NCBI GenBank assembly: GCA_001600815.1
Contig: BCKZ01000012.1
Location: 124,001 to 188,000 of the forward strand
From: Alloascoidea hylecoeti
Lineage: Eukaryota
Reading direction: 5' to 3'
DNA length: 64,000 bases
In this document: positions 37,579 through 54,352 of the stretch, piece by piece
Position numbering within the stretch: position 1 is the stretch's first letter
Layout: every line of letters begins with the position of its first letter
The notes under the pieces: generated by a model
The model's input: only the letters and a program-made list of their open reading frames with translations
Told to the model about the DNA's origin: nothing
Databases searched by the model: none
Made by a program: the position numbers and the translations under genes

Positions 37579-37952
37579 ATGGGCAAAGAATTATCTTTAA
37601 GACTTTCAGAAGAATCAAGAGTAAGTCCGAAGTTTTACTCTGATATGTTTGTTTTGGCAATTTTAAGAAACAATCACTAACAGATCTAGGAACGTCTCGG
37701 AAAAATCCTTGGTACCACCAGAGTTATCGCTCAATATGGTTGGATTCCATTTATCCTCTACTTAGGTACGCTCTATTAAAGCAGATAATTAATTGATAAA
37801 TGATGCATTACTAACTGTTCAAATAGGCTGGTCGCAAACTTCACCAAGACCCTCCATTATCAGGTAAGTTTTTACTATCACGTATGACACCAACACATAG
37901 AATAACTAACATTTGAATTAGTTTACTTTCACCATTCCCATCAGCTGCATAG
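37579..37952 (+). CDS. TOM7: TOM complex subunit Tom7; introns 37621-37689, 37766-37826, 37864-37921
   Basis: Spliced product MGKELSLRLSEESRERLGKILGTTRVIAQYGWIPFILYLGWSQTSPRPSIISLLSPFPSAA; absent from the ORF track. Confidence 0.95.
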
Positions 37953-38294
37953 AATAGCGTTGGTATTATAAATAATGGTATATTTGTTTTGTTTCGAACT
38001 ATTGTTGATTGAACGGTGAAAAAGTCTTTGTAATTAGTCTCATCAATAAATTGTAAAACCTATCATTGACACCAAGTAAATAATTCTGTAGTAATAAATA
38101 TATATAAGTACTAATTTAATGTATACTTATATCAAGATCAAGGAGACACTATCTAGTGTAAAAGATGATGTGAAATTGATTTTGATTTTCGTTGCAGAAA
38201 TTCTTCGTTCTTTTTGATCTAACCCCATTTATAATCTCAAGCAATGAAATTGATCGAAATATAACAACACATCCCCATACACAACTATATTATC

Positions 38295-39340
38295 ATGAAT
38301 TCTTCTTCTGAAAATAACGAAGCATATTCTACATCAGGAGTTTTTTCTACCATAGACCCTAAAGCAAGAAATGTGATTTCCGGCGCAAGTGCCGGAATTA
38401 TAACTACTATTACTCTTCATCCTCTTGATTTATTGAAGACACGGTTACAGCGTATGCGAATTCTCAGATTTAAGAATCTTTATATTATCTGAGATCTAAC
38501 CTGATTATCTTTATTTTCTTTTATACAGTGAACGCATCATCCGGCTCAATCTCTGGTTCTTTAAAACATGTTTTAGAAGATATATGGCATTCCGCATCGA
38601 CTAGCTCACATAATCCACGATTGAAGTTTATTAATCTTACGAATGAACTATACCGAGGGATAACACCCAATATTGTGGGGAATGCTATTAGTTGGAGTTC
38701 ATACTTTATGCTATATGAATTTTTCAAACAGACCACCAGACATCATAAACAGCTTGATGATAGTAAAAATTTAGAAACAAGGGAAATTTTACTATGCGGA
38801 TGTGCCGCTGGTTTAACGACATCCTTTTTTACAAATCCAATATGGGTACTAAAAACGAGAATGCTCTCGACCTCAAATAAAACTCCAGGTGCCTATTCTT
38901 CGATGACTGATGGGATACTACGGATTGTAAAAGAGGAAGGCATCACTGGGTTTTGGAGAGGATTAACTCCATCATTAATCGGAGTGGGGCACGGAACAAT
39001 ACAAATCACATTATATGATAAAATCAAGATATTTCAACAAGAAAAGAAGGGATACAGTAATAGTGATCCACTATCTACTTTAGAATATACTGTGGCATCA
39101 GCTACATCAAAGGTTTCATCTACATTAATCATGTATCCATTTCAAGTACTTAGGTCTCGAATGCAAAACTATACATCATCAAACCAACATCAGAATCTTG
39201 TAAATACAGCCCTTCAAATTTTCAAAAAAGAGGGAATGCTGGGATTTTATAAAGGCATGGTACCAAATTTATTAAGGATGGTCCCTTCAACATCAATGAC
39301 ATTTGTAGTTTATGAGAAAGTTAAAGAAGCACTATCTTGA
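38295..39340 (+). CDS. FLX1: Mitochondrial FAD/folate carrier; intron 38452-38528
   Basis: Three carrier motifs (HPLDLLKTRLQ, NPIWVLKTRM, YPFQVLRSRMQ); 'LYRG.TPNIVGNA.SW..YF'. Confidence 0.85.
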
Positions 39341-39761
39341 CGAAAGCTAGTGGTATGAATACATATAAATAGTCTGAATCATTTTTACCTGCTACCTAGT
39401 AATTGTTACCTGAATCCTATAACATATCTTGTATAGGATATAAGTTATACTCTACAAGAAAAAAACATCAATTTTAGAATTATTGCATCTTTACATACAT
39501 AAAATACTGTAGGTAATTTTATTTTAAGGGAAGTTTCTTAGATAAATTAAAGTAAAAATCTGTCATTAATACTAAATTATAAAAGTATTTGGGATATCAT
39601 CGCTATCATACACGAAATAATATTAGTAGACAAACAGTAGATTTATCAAGGAGTTTTCTGGTAATTGGGGAGTTGAGCGTAAATGATTTATGATGATAAG
39701 AGAAGTTGTTTCAGAAACATAGCACCAAGCAAGATATATTAAGTTAGAGCAATCAAAGCAT

Positions 39762-40731
39762 TTAGTAACCAAGAGCAGCTAAAGTCTTAGCAGCATCAGT
39801 ATTAGCAACACTTGTTTCGGCGGCAGCTAATTTCTTAGCAAAAGCCTTCTTCTTAGCATAGTAAGCAGCAGATTTAACCTTTCTCTTTTCTTCGAGACGG
39901 TCAACAACATCCTGGTATTTCCAGCCAACTTCATGGGATAGTCTACCAACAGTAGTGTATTTTCTGCCTGGTTTCAATCTCAAAACCCTTAGAGCTTGTG
40001 GAACAACAACTCTCTTTTTCTTATCATATGGTTGAGGAATACCTTCAAAAACCTTAAGACGTTCTAAAGCAGCCTTACCACGTGGGGTCTTGTGGGCAAC
40101 CATACCTCTGAGGGCTTTGTAGAAAATTCTTGATGGTGCACGGAAATGGAAAGGACCATGGGTCTTGTTGAATCTCGTCCCCTTTCTAAGATAAGCGTGA
40201 TACTTAAGCTTGTTTCTGAAAAATTCTCCAGAGATGTTTAAAGCTTCACATCTAACAATGACAACATGTTGACCATTAAGAATTTGCTTTGCAACAATAC
40301 TGGCAAGACGACCAAGGAGATGTCCCTTACCTATAAAAATTATTAGTCAACTTCTATAAATATGAAAACATAAAAATCAAAATCTTGTCGAATGGGATGT
40401 GGTGATTTGAAATGGAATAAACTTGAATTGGCTGATTTGATTCTTCCTTACTACATCGTTTTTGAGTCTTTGATATCCTTCCAGGTATAAATTTGAGATT
40501 TATTCCAATTATTTTGATTGATATTTATCATCTAAATCATTATAGCATGTCAAGATATCTGTCATTCATATTGATATTTAATTACCTTCATTCATCTCCA
40601 CTCGAAAATTATGAACTCAGAATTATACGATTTGTATAATCACCCATTACCCATAAAAAAAGACTTTGAAATTCAAGCATATATAACTAGTACATACCGT
40701 CAATAACAACAACTGGTTCGAAGGTGCTCAT
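39762..40731 (-). CDS. RPL16: 60S ribosomal protein uL13 (L16); intron 40331-40697
   Basis: [22 protein letters not shown]...'[25 protein letters not shown]'. Confidence 0.97.
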
Positions 40732-40886
40732 TTCTATGATATTGCTGAATTGTTGAAATATACCACACCAAACAAGAATACAACCACTGGATAGGTATGT
40801 AGTTTACTCCAGCGGTACAGAAACTACACTAAAATATGGAAACGTTATCGGTTTTCCTTAAAAGGTAATAGTGTGCCCTATGTGCA

Positions 40887-40914
40887 TCACGTGTAATGAA
40901 TTAGAGTTACCCGG
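40887..40914. promoter_or_regulatory. RPL16 promoter: Cbf1-type TCACGTG and Reb1-type TTACCCGG
   Basis: Exact motif matches about 160-180 nt upstream of the ATG. Confidence 0.6.
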
Positions 40915-43900
40915 ATCAAGATAGTTTGCGGCTGAAAAAATAGAAAACTTCATCGATACGATAACGGTTCCTTAAACTGATGTAGATCTAAATTCTAATT
41001 GAAAAGACCCTTTGATGAAAATTTAGTCACCAGCTTAAATGTTCTAATAAATTACATAACCAAATGTCAACATTTTAGACGCTATGATTGGAGAATCAAT
41101 GGACTGATGCTACTATAACACTTTGCAATATAGACAAACCAGAACCAAATAATTGCTAATTTGCATATATTGCAATTGATGCACATGGGGCAATTCTTGT
41201 ATATGTAGCTCTCCAAGCTGTTCTGAACACCCTGTATAATTATATCTAATTAGATCATGATTTTGTGCAATTTAATAGGATCGAGACGATCCAGAAAGAT
41301 AATTCGAAGATATAGAATAAAATAGATGAAATATTGTAAAAGGGGGGTAACAGCGTTTAAGCGTTGGTATAGATTTAAGTCTTATATAAGATAATTACAA
41401 TAGGAAGTGATATAATTATAACGAATAATATAGCGCTATATTGTATTTCCAGCTGACATTCAAAATTTTAGCCTCGATCACAACTTTTACCTGTCGACCG
41501 GTATGTATGTAATAACAATTTATCAAACATCTGATACATCTATCCGGATTAATTAATTATGGGGATACAACATAATGATGATCATCAACCATAAGGTATA
41601 TCATAGCTAGCTATTTGTAAAGTTTTTGCGTTATTTATTTATATAGCTGCTGACCCAAATACGTATACGTATAGATATCTATGAGATTAGCTTCAATTAT
41701 GAATTTATGATTATAAAGATAAATGATCTTCAAAAAGAGTAAGAGACCTGATTTCATAAAATTAAATTTTTGTTTGCATAGGAACGTATACCTTATATAT
41801 GGACTGCAATTCTTTAAATTCAATTGAATACAACTTCCTGGTACGAGCTAGAGATGATTTGAAACCTCAATGGCAATTTCAAGTAATATTTTATTAGCTT
41901 TATCTATAATGATATACAGCCAATCCACTAATTATGGCTTCATAAAGAGATGAAGACAAAAAAATATTAATGGCACACTTTAATTTGAAGAATAAATAAT
42001 TGCAAAATAATTGCAATTGGAATAGTACTAAATTTACAATCATTTGTGGAACAATGTGGTACCAATCTACGAAAAATTGAACTATGTGACATAATGTGGG
42101 CTCTGAGTAGTAACCTATAAGTTTTATAGCTGTAACTTTTATATGTTAAATCCTGGTCTTATGTTATCCAATTATATGTTATCCAATTATATGTATATTG
42201 TGAATTTAGTCCAGTTTTCATTGCTAATTATTTTATCTCCATTTCGACCAAAATTAATGCTCGACTCTTGAACATTATAATTACGATGTCCTTACATATG
42301 TAACTCATGCTTAATAATATCTCGTAATATTATACAGTAGAAAAGTCGTTGGATCCGTCTGCAATCGAAAAATGAAGTAGACGGAATTTATTCCGTTCAT
42401 TATTATTATTATGTAATACGTATATAATATATTACATAATTATATTCATTACGTAAGAAATATGTAATTACTTGGGAAAGTTTAAATATTTTTATCTCTA
42501 AAATGACGAATATTGAACACCGTGCACTACCATACAAAATGTCTGGGGATCCGACCTAAGAAGAATTTTGGACGGACGGACGGACGAATAATCGAACGAT
42601 TTAACCGATAAACCCAAAAATTGCAAAACATTCTTGGACGGAGTCGGCCTTCAGAGGTATCATCCGGACGGATCCTACGACATCTACTGTACACATATAT
42701 CTAGAGTTATAAAATCAGTTCCCCTAATTATAACACGAACTAAACCCTTTTATACAAGAGAATTCGAAGGGGATAAATAATAGAATTAAATGTTTATATA
42801 CATTGTTAACGTTTAGTTACGTATACCACCAGCGCAACCAATTAATATTAATGGCAATTGGGAATTTTAAGATGCTATAAGATCTTACTCATCTTAGGTA
42901 TAGCCTATAATCAACTGAACATTTTTATCAACTTTGAGTTAATTAATGGTTAAGTTTTTGCTTGTACAATTGTGTATGCATTGCATAGAAATACCATCCA
43001 AATGTTAATAATAGCAACGACAACAAATCTATATGGAGAAAATTCCATGATTACGCTTTCAAAATTTAGAATTATCGAGAAGATCAACCATACGTATAAT
43101 CAGTATACGTTTCAATATCCTATACGCATAACGATAGCCATAAAGGAGCATAACGGCCAGTTAAGTAACAGTACTGGATATTTCGGGCCCTCTTCAAAAA
43201 CAATAAAACAGGTTAGATCGGAGAGCTATAACTTCTACATGGCTATACATAACATCAACTAGTTCTTGTATGTTAATCAACTGCAACTTTTGTGCCAAAA
43301 CTCAAAACTAAGTAGGGAGCATATTTGTTGAGTTGGTGAAGATTCACAATTTCAAGTTGCAACTTGCAACCACCAGCTGGTTTTATAGAACAGAAACAGA
43401 CCACCTTGTACCACAGCGTTAGAACTGCATCTTTCATACCCTAAAATTTGCAATTGCAACTGCCGTTTTAACCGCATTAAAGTAAAGTCAGGGATGACTA
43501 ACAAGCAATTACAGGCATTCATTGCCCCAACAGGACCAAAGAGGCAAAACGAAGAAGAAAATACCTCTACAGTTGAATTCTCAAAGGGAGCGGCGTCGGG
43601 GATAACTGACGCTCTGGAACAATACGAACTTTAAGCTTTTAATTAATTTTAATAACCCTACTAATTGGCAATAAACATCGACTGAAGCCGTAAGTGAGAT
43701 TTACAGTTGAGTCTGAGTTGACGACTGGATCAAACAATGTCTCGCGGTTAAAGATCCGGGGAATATATTGCAATTGGGGCGTTGAACAAAACAGTTCTTG
43801 ACAATTAGCCCTTTAAAATTTACAACTGAAGTAAGTCCCTGCAAATTTATATGCACCATTGGTTGTAACTTAATAACTCATATAACATTAATATTTATAT

Positions 43901-44353
43901 ACCAATTAAAATGAGATGAGTCACTTCTAAGTTCTAAGCAGTGATCTAGCTCGATTATTTTATTGAAGAATGACTGCAAGAAGACAAAACGTTTGAGTTA
44001 AATACTCGTATGTGCATTCTTGTGAGCGATATTTCTTCAAATTTTATGATCTGCTATAAGCGCTAATTATAAATAGTGAGTCGTAATTATAACATATTTT
44101 ACACTTTTCGGTTACGACTACAAGTTGCATAAAGGGATTTTATTTGTACGTGAACTCGAGGAGGAAGGAAATGGGAATGGAGAAGAAGTTGAAGCAGATG
44201 AAGAGTAAGTCTTTTTTAATTTGATATATGGGTTTATAAATATAAAAGTATATGCAGCTCCAATCCGGATACACAGGCTATTCCCGGGTGTATGGATGTG
44301 GTTGGTCTTTTGGGCAAACAATCGTAGAGTTTTGACCTTTCAGCAAATGAAAA

Positions 44354-47022
44354 ATGAGTTCTAAGAAACACGCTCATTCAGATTTAGGTCCGCCAGCCAT
44401 TGTGCCGAGAACGGGAGCAGGAGGACAAACAGAACCCGAAATAAGTGGCCAGAAAAGGAGACGGGTCACGCGAGCTTGCGATGAGTGTAAGTCATTTCCC
44501 CGTTAAATCTCAAACCGTATGTTAACGGATTTTTTTGTATAGGTCGCAGAAAGAAGGTTAAGTGCGATGGTAAACAGCCTTGTATCCATTGCACTGTTTA
44601 CAGCTACGAATGTACCTTCAGTCAACCTTCAAGCAGAAGAAGAGCACCCGATGTTTTGCGGATCGAAAATAAGCTGAAAAACGCGGAGCAGGTACTGAAG
44701 ATGCTGCTGCCAGATATTGATGTTTTCAGCTCAAAATTTAACCTCTCCACTTTCCAGCATATCTGCAAACCCTCTTCAACTCTCTATGACATTAGAAACG
44801 AATACCTAGCGGAAACTCATGGCCAACCACAGTTGGACTCTCGAGACCATACCACTTCCGATAGTCCTCTTACTTGTGCGGAATCTGTAGCTGGATTGCT
44901 ACTTCCACAGAGTGTCGATGGCTCCATCGAATCCAGATATGGAAGAGAGATTAAAATAATATTGCCCCCTAAACATACCGCTCTAAAGCTAGTAGAGACC
45001 GTCTGGGGTAGTGCCTGTGTCTTGTTCAGATTCTACCATCGCCCAAGCTTTCTAAAAGATTTTGACAGTTTATACGAGATGGACCCGGAAGAATACACAG
45101 ATAAACAAAATAAGGTTCTACCTCTCGTATACTCTGTAATGGCAGTAGGTGTCCTTTTTTCGACCGATAAGAGGAAAGGAAACAATACAATAGATTCAAC
45201 CGAGGGTTACAAGTATTTTGTAGCCGCACGGAAGCTTATAGATATAACCGATGCCAAAGATATATATGCAATTCAGACAATTGTTATGCTTATTATATTT
45301 CTTCAATGTTCCGCACGTTTATCGACATGTTATTCATATATCGGAGTTGGACTGAGGTCGGCGTTAAGAGAAGGTTTACACAGGAAACTAAACCACCGTT
45401 TTAACCTCATTGAATTGGAAGTACGGAAGAGAATCTTTTGGACAATAAGGAAAATGGATATTTATGTTAACTCAATGCTTGGTTTGCCCAGAAGTATCGC
45501 TGAAGAAGACTTCGATCAGGATATGCCGATCGAACTAGATGATGAAAATATAACTGAAACAGAATACCTCCCACAGGAACCTGGTAAAATTTCTTCAGCT
45601 GCCATCGCAAATGCCCACACTAGACTAATAACTATATTATCCCACATCATTGCAAACATTTACCCAATTAAACTAAATAAAGGCAAACACACATCTAATG
45701 CCAATATTTTTCATACTGCCCATTTTAAAGTTTCGGCCATGGAAAATGAACTTCGGGAATGGTTAATAAGTTTACCAGATGAATTAAAACCTAGAGCAAA
45801 TCGCGATGACAGATACTACAAGGCAAACCGATTGTTACATATGGCATTTTGCTATGTTCAAATTGTTTTGTATCGTCCTTTTATTCATTACTGTTCACCA
45901 AGGTACCAATCTAGTGCATTTAATAACAAAGCAAAAGCATGTGCAGAGAATTGTTTAAAAGTTGCTCGTACTGTTGTTTATTTGGCCGAGGAGTTACTGA
46001 ATAAGGAAATGCTGGATGGCCCTTATTGGTTTTCCGTTTATTCTCTTTTCTTCTCTGTTGCGTGTCTTGTTTATTATGTTCATGAGAATGGCGCCACCAA
46101 AAGATCACTTGATATTAAAAGGGATGCAGAAATCGGAAGAGACGTTCTAAACACGTTAAAAGATACAAGCTCGGCTTCTATAAGAACACATACTATTCTG
46201 AATAATTTATTTGAACAACTAAATCGAAGAACTGCAAAAATTCCAGTTTCGGAGGCACAACAACAACATGAACAACAAAACCAGCAAAATCATCAACAGC
46301 AGCAATCACAAAGCATTGCAAATGATATAAACAATCATCTTGGAAAGATCTATGACACACCGAGAAGGCATTATGTTACTACAATGGAGCCAACAGAGTT
46401 TTCGAATAATGGGACACCATTAACAACTGGATCGTTGGATTTCCAACCTGAAGAGCTGACTGGAAGTTTAAACCTATATAAGCCAGACCCAAATAACAAT
46501 GTTAACTCATACTTCCGAAACCATAGTGATAACAATTCGCCAGGTGTTAATTCAGACTCTACTTATCGTCCACCATTACATACATCTCATTCATACTCCA
46601 CTATCAAATCTGAATCACAAAATGATCTAACTACACCAAAATCTGCCCAATCGCAAACTTATGCTCCGGGTATAATGGATCAACTAGAGATTCAGGTCCT
46701 TGGGCGCTTTTTGCCTCCATATATGTTAGAAAGAAACGGAAGCTCCAATCACGATATATATAACGATTTACTTGATAATCCGACATCTCGAACAGCTACA
46801 GATCCTTTAAATTATGATTTTGGATTTGGTGAATTACGTGGAACTGATTCTACAACTGGTGCTGTTAATGACCACAATTCCAGAAAACCCAGTGACCACA
46901 ATCGTCATATGAATAATCCATCTACAAGCTCAACTGTAACCTCAATATCTTCCAATATTAATTCACATGATGTCAACGGAGCATCAAATAATTCTTGGGA
47001 TAACTACCTACATGAATCATGA
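44354..47022 (+). CDS. ASG1: Zn(II)2Cys6 transcription factor, Asg1-like; intron 44487-44542
   Basis: Spliced 'KRRRVTRACDEC|RRKKVKCDGKQPCIHCTVYSYECTF'; middle domain 'EGYKYFVAARKLIDIT.A.D..AIQ', 'QCSARLSTCYSYIG'; Q/N-rich tail; exact start uncertain. Confidence 0.88.
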
Positions 47023-47334
47023 AAAAAGGTACCAAATATAAATGTGAATCGTTTTTAATATAGATTAAATGCATTTAAGCAGTAATATCGGTCCAAGGAT
47101 GAGGTTGAACCCTTTTAAATTTAGCTTATGAACGTTGTAATTACAAATTTCTAACAGAATAGAATCTACCCCACAACTTTTCTTCTTACCTCTTTTTTTG
47201 AACAGTGATAACCAGACTGTATTTTATAGTAGAAAATTATATAGATAACAAGCAGCCATAGGATTTAATCTTAGCTATTTTCTAATATTGTGACAATAAT
47301 AATTTTTTGATCGCTTGCAGATGGTTCACAGTGT

Positions 47335-47366
47335 CCGGGTAATCATGTGAAAAATATGAAAAAAAT
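47335..47366. promoter_or_regulatory. RPC19 promoter: Reb1-type CCGGGTAA and RRPE-like TGAAAAA motifs
   Basis: ccgggtaatcatgtgaaaaatatgaaaaaaat directly upstream of ATG 47414. Confidence 0.55.
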
Positions 47367-47413
47367 CACATAGATTTATTCATCATCATTAGTCTTAAAT
47401 AACACAAATCAAT

Positions 47414-48038
47414 ATGTCCGATATCGAAATTTCAGATGCCGTTCCAGAAGGGGGAATAGAAGAGGAAGAAGAAGAGGAGGACCAAGAAATGGAAAACAAG
47501 ATCAGACTTGTAAGTTCAGGCTCTTTGTGACCATGAGATGAGCATCAACTAATGAACAATATAGCTTCCTGGCTCAACTGAAGATGGAACTGCTGCTTCT
47601 TTTCAAATTTTAAACGAAGATCACACAATAGGAAATTCATTAAGATATATTATAATGAAAAAGTATGTGACCTACTTGATATGCGTTTTGTAGAGATTTA
47701 TTCAATTCTAATCATAATCATTTTTACTATTAGTCCCGAGGTTGAGTTCTGTGGATATTCAATTCCACATCCATCAGAGCCTAAATTGAATATCAGAATC
47801 CAGACGTATGGTATGTATTTTAATTTTATCAAATTTTTATTATTGTTGTAGTTGTTTACTAACATTAAAACCATGATCTTTAGGAAAAATCACAGCAGTT
47901 GAAGCACTAAAAAAGGGATTCGACGATTTAATAGAGTTATGTGAACATGTTGAAGATAAATTCACGGAACAGATCATTAAAGCTGATGTTCCTATAGATT
48001 TTATGGATGAGGCTAATACTGAAATGGATCTTGATTAA
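47414..48038 (+). CDS. RPC19: RNA polymerase I/III subunit AC19; introns 47510-47564, 47663-47733, 47811-47883
   Basis: Spliced '[53 protein letters not shown]'; absent from the ORF track. Confidence 0.96.
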
Positions 48039-48269
48039 ACAGGAAGAATATTAAGTATAGGCAACGACTGCATTAAATAGAAAAGAAAATGTATATTATA
48101 ATTTATTTTGACTATATTCTGAATTATAGTACCTTCGTTTTTGCTTTAGATGAGCAAATGAAAAATGGAGGAGTTCGTAACTTTTCTCCATTCGCATTGA
48201 GAAAAAACTAACTTTTAGGCGTGTTTTTCCTCCTTTCTTCCAAGCTTCAAACCAACCTTCTTCTTTCTA

Positions 48270-50868
48270 ATGGATTTTTTATCGAAAACATTCGGATCTA
48301 TTTCACAGAAGGTGGCCGGAATCCCGTACAACTTGGGAAATAAGATAGTCGATACTGACTCTTCTCAAATATGGTCCATGTATGAGGGAGTGAAAAGGGT
48401 TAGAACATATTCTAAATAACATACAAAGATACGCTCTAACTGGGTTAATTGCTTTAGGATGATGGTGCGAAGTGCTCTGTGTTTGAATTTGATTTGAGAT
48501 CTCCCAGAAACTCAAATCTGATTCCACTGGCGAAAAATGCTATGAGGAAGCTGAAGACCATTCGTTTTCCTGGTGTGATCCAAATTTTGGACACCTTTGA
48601 GGTAATTATTGTTACACGAACAAATAATTTACCATTGACCTTGACTTTCTAACAATAATATAGAATGATAGCTATATTTATATTTCAACCGAACCCGTCA
48701 AACCCCTCACCCGTTATCTAGCAGAATCTAAGCCAGACAAAGAAGGGCTTTTATTTGGTATTTACATGATCACAGTATGCCTCATTCTTTAATGAACTTT
48801 TTCAAAATCAATTACCTACTAACTCATATATCAGAACTCTATTGCTTTTATAAACAAAGAAGCATCATCATTTCATGGAAATCTCTCGGAATCTACCGTT
48901 TTCGTAAACGAAAGTGGGGAATGGAAACTTTCAGGCTTTGAAATTTTAACAAACCCATCAGCAAAAGATCTAGACTACACAGTTTTAGTACGAATTATCT
49001 GTATTTATTTCAGCGATTTGTTAAACACTAAATACTAACTTATATTTAATATAGCGGTCAGCGACTTCCCTTCCGAATTTCATAAATCGGTGCTCGCCTG
49101 AAGTAAAAAATGAAGGATTAAGTATTTTAAAAGCGTAAGTTAATCATAACCAGATATGAACTAAAAATTTAACATTTTTGAATTTCAGACCGTATCATTA
49201 TTCTCTCGACTCTTGGCAACTGGCAATTTTCATATATGAAGTATTTTCAGGCAATGCGTTTCAATCAATTGGTGATTTATCAAAGGCTAGCAAAGTACCC
49301 AAAAGCATAATTCTCTATCTTCGTCGATTGTCACAAACTAGTGTCAAGAATAGAGCTAGTCCAATTCAGTTATTAAATCAGGCAGAACGTCCTGGTGGAT
49401 TGTTTGATACTGACCTGATCAACTTTCATAAAGAATTAAATGAGCTAAGAATCAAAGGAGAAGAAGAAAGAGCAGTGTTATTAGATTCACTACTGCAAAT
49501 TAAAGATGATATTCCTCCCGGTTATATTACAAATAAAGTTTTACCCGAGCTAATACATTTATTGGAATTTGCAGATGGTGGTGTTAATGCTCTACGGTAT
49601 ATCTTACTATTTGGGGATATTATTGAAATTGAAGAATTTAAGCAACGTGTTTTGCCTTCTCTGGTTAAAGCATACAGTAAAACAGATCGCGCTATAAGAG
49701 TAGAACTTCTAACTGCCTTGCCAAAATATGCTGAATATTTAACAAAATCCGAAGTTAATGATAAAATTTATCCCGCTATTGTACCTGGATTTTCAGATAC
49801 AGTTTCATTGGTCAGGGAAGAAACCGTCAAAGCAATTCTATATATAGCTCCAAATCTCTCACATCGGAATATTAATAATGATTTATTAAGATACTTAGCT
49901 AAAGCTCAAGTAGACAGTCAACCTGAAATAAGAACTAACACAACAGTCTGCCTGGGAAAAATTGCGGAATATCTAGACAAAGATGTAAGTACTCTTTATT
50001 TGAAAAAGTTAATTAAATTGATATGAATATTGTTTTGACCTCTTGTTTTTAAAAATCATTTTAGGCCCGTGTTGGAGTATTGATCACAGCGTTTTCTAAA
50101 GGGATGAAAGATACGTTTATACCGACTCGTGTAGCTGCTATGACTGCCTTTATGCATTGCGTTCAATATTTTCCACCTGAAGCTTGTTGCTCTCGTGCTT
50201 TAGGTGCAGTTTCTCCGAACTTGTTAGATAAGAACAAACAAATTCGAGAATATGCTTCCAAGACAGTTGATGTTATATTAGAAAAAATCCATACAGCTGC
50301 TGAGGAACTACCCGATGAAATTGATGAAACTGAATCCCCCAATTTCGATCTGTTCAACTCATCGGGAAATGTATGGGCGGATAAAACCATCGGAGGCTTA
50401 GTAAAATCAATTGCGGGGCAATTAGAACCATCTACATCTAATGCAAGTACAGTTTCATCAAGATCTGGTACTCCAGGAGGAATTTCAGCCAATACTTCAA
50501 AACCTCAACCTAGTAAAAGCTTTAGCACCCCCATTTTACCTACTAAACCGACAACTTCGGGTACTGGCAAGAAAACAACGGGCATGAAATTAGGAAAGAA
50601 AAAACCAATACCAACCTTTTTTGATGATTTGGACGATGGTGCAGATGATGGCTGGGGTGAAGACTTCAAAGATTATGATGATGAACCTATTAAACCAATA
50701 TCACGCGGGAAAGTGGTTAATTCACATGGTATGAGTGGTTTTGGGTCTACTTCGCAACATAAGCCTACAATAGCTGGGAAAAAAATAGCTTTGAACAAGA
50801 AGAAAATAGAGACATTCTCTGATGATGAGGATGAGGAAGAAGACGGATGGGGTAATGATGACTGGTAG
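48270..50868 (+). CDS. CEX1: SCY1-like pseudokinase/HEAT-repeat protein Cex1 (multi-exon)
   Basis: MDFLSKTF..., 'LAKNAMRKLKTIRFPGVIQILD', 'GEWKLSGFE', 'LLRYLAK.QVD.QPEIRTNTT.CLGKIA', acidic 'DGWG.DDW' tail; several GT-AG introns. Confidence 0.88.
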
Positions 50869-51249
50869 GTTATTCATAATTATTTGTTTCATCACGAATT
50901 GTATGTCCGATTATTGAGTTCATACAACCATAGTTTGATATTAGTACTTTTTTGTTTGTACATGTATATCATTATTATTCATACGAATGATATGGAATTA
51001 TAGTTGTTAGACCGTCTATAATATCAATTCATTGCAATTGTAAAAATTTGGGAAATACTTTATGGTATACTTTATAATATATACTATTCAAAGAATATTG
51101 AAATTATATATAGGCTTAAATTATAAAACTATATGTATACAATAAATCCAAATTTTGACTAGAATTGGAAACATGAAGGCCTATTTTTCTTTATAAATCA
51201 GATCATAAAACATCTAAGCAAATATTAGAATATTTGTACCTAAAGAATG

Positions 51250-54158
<2,909 letters not shown>

Positions 54159-54258
54159 TTAAGCAAAGAAAAAATGTAATACTAATGCAATTGTATTGTT
54201 GGAAGATAGCAAAAGAGGAAGATATGGAAAAAAGGGGGAGGTTAGACAAGTTTAGCGT

Positions 54259-54325
54259 CCGGGTAACTATAAACATTGTTCAAACAATTTTTTTTGCTAT
54301 ATTTTTCACTTAGCTAAAATTTTTA
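54259..54325. promoter_or_regulatory. DBP2/NOP15 bidirectional promoter with Reb1-type CCGGGTAA and RRPE-like motifs
   Basis: ccgggtaa at 54259; atttttca (reverse TGAAAAAT) at 54301; aaaattttt nearby; 215 bp between the two ATGs. Confidence 0.65.
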
Positions 54326-54352
54326 AAAAAAATTGTAAAGAGTATCTACATA

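Noticed and set aside
40331..40697. Intronic snoRNA in the long RPL16 intron
   Set aside because: No canonical box C (RUGAUGA)/box D pair with a terminal stem found on the sense strand
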